In this document: one piece after another, positions 63,952 through 64,000 of the stretch
How the letters are laid out: every line of letters begins with the position of its first letter
Numbering within the stretch: position 1 is the stretch's first letter
Origin: Callorhinchus milii
Lineage: Eukaryota
Assembly (NCBI RefSeq): GCF_018977255.1
Contig: NW_024704743.1
Coordinates: forward strand, 40,116,001-40,180,000
DNA: 64,000 bases
Reading direction: 5' to 3'
Position numbers and translations under genes: made by a program
Notes under the pieces: model-generated
The model's input: the letters and a program-made list of their open reading frames with translations, nothing else
What the model was told of the DNA's origin: nothing
Databases searched by the model: none

Positions 63952-64000
63952 GTGAGTTGCAGTGAGCATTCGTAGCTCATTCTAAAGTGGAGAGAGGGGA

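Noticed and set aside
1..64000. CRISPR arrays, operons or other prokaryotic systems
   Set aside because: Sequence is vertebrate-type; recurring motifs are dispersed SINE/LINE tails, not regularly spaced repeats

Overview
AT-rich vertebrate non-coding DNA (a large intron or gene desert) with no recognisable host protein-coding exon. The long ORFs in the supplied track are decayed LINE ORF2 pieces, and the rest look like chance ORFs. The repeats are L2 and CR1 LINEs, young tRNA-Ala/CORE-like SINEs with (TTA)n tails, older tRNA/Deu-domain SINEs sharing the same L2-type tail, and a Penelope terminal-repeat palindrome. This set fits a cartilaginous fish, most likely a holocephalan such as Callorhinchus milii (inferred from repeat types, not searched). 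Most notable: (1) a 37-nt minimal hammerhead ribozyme motif in a Penelope inverted repeat (38831-38867, minus strand); (2) a 516-bp non-autonomous Helitron-like element with A|TC...hairpin-CTAG|T ends (28636-29151); (3) a perfect 29-bp-stem hairpin split by a SINE (12781-13068); (4) microexon-like splice configurations, the best at 63945-63951; (5) nested insertions that give a TE chronology and show SINEs sharing the L2 3' tail; (6) repeat-free, homeodomain/Sox-motif-rich islands that may be conserved non-coding elements. Coordinates of degraded repeats are approximate, and family names come from recalled motifs rather than a database search.
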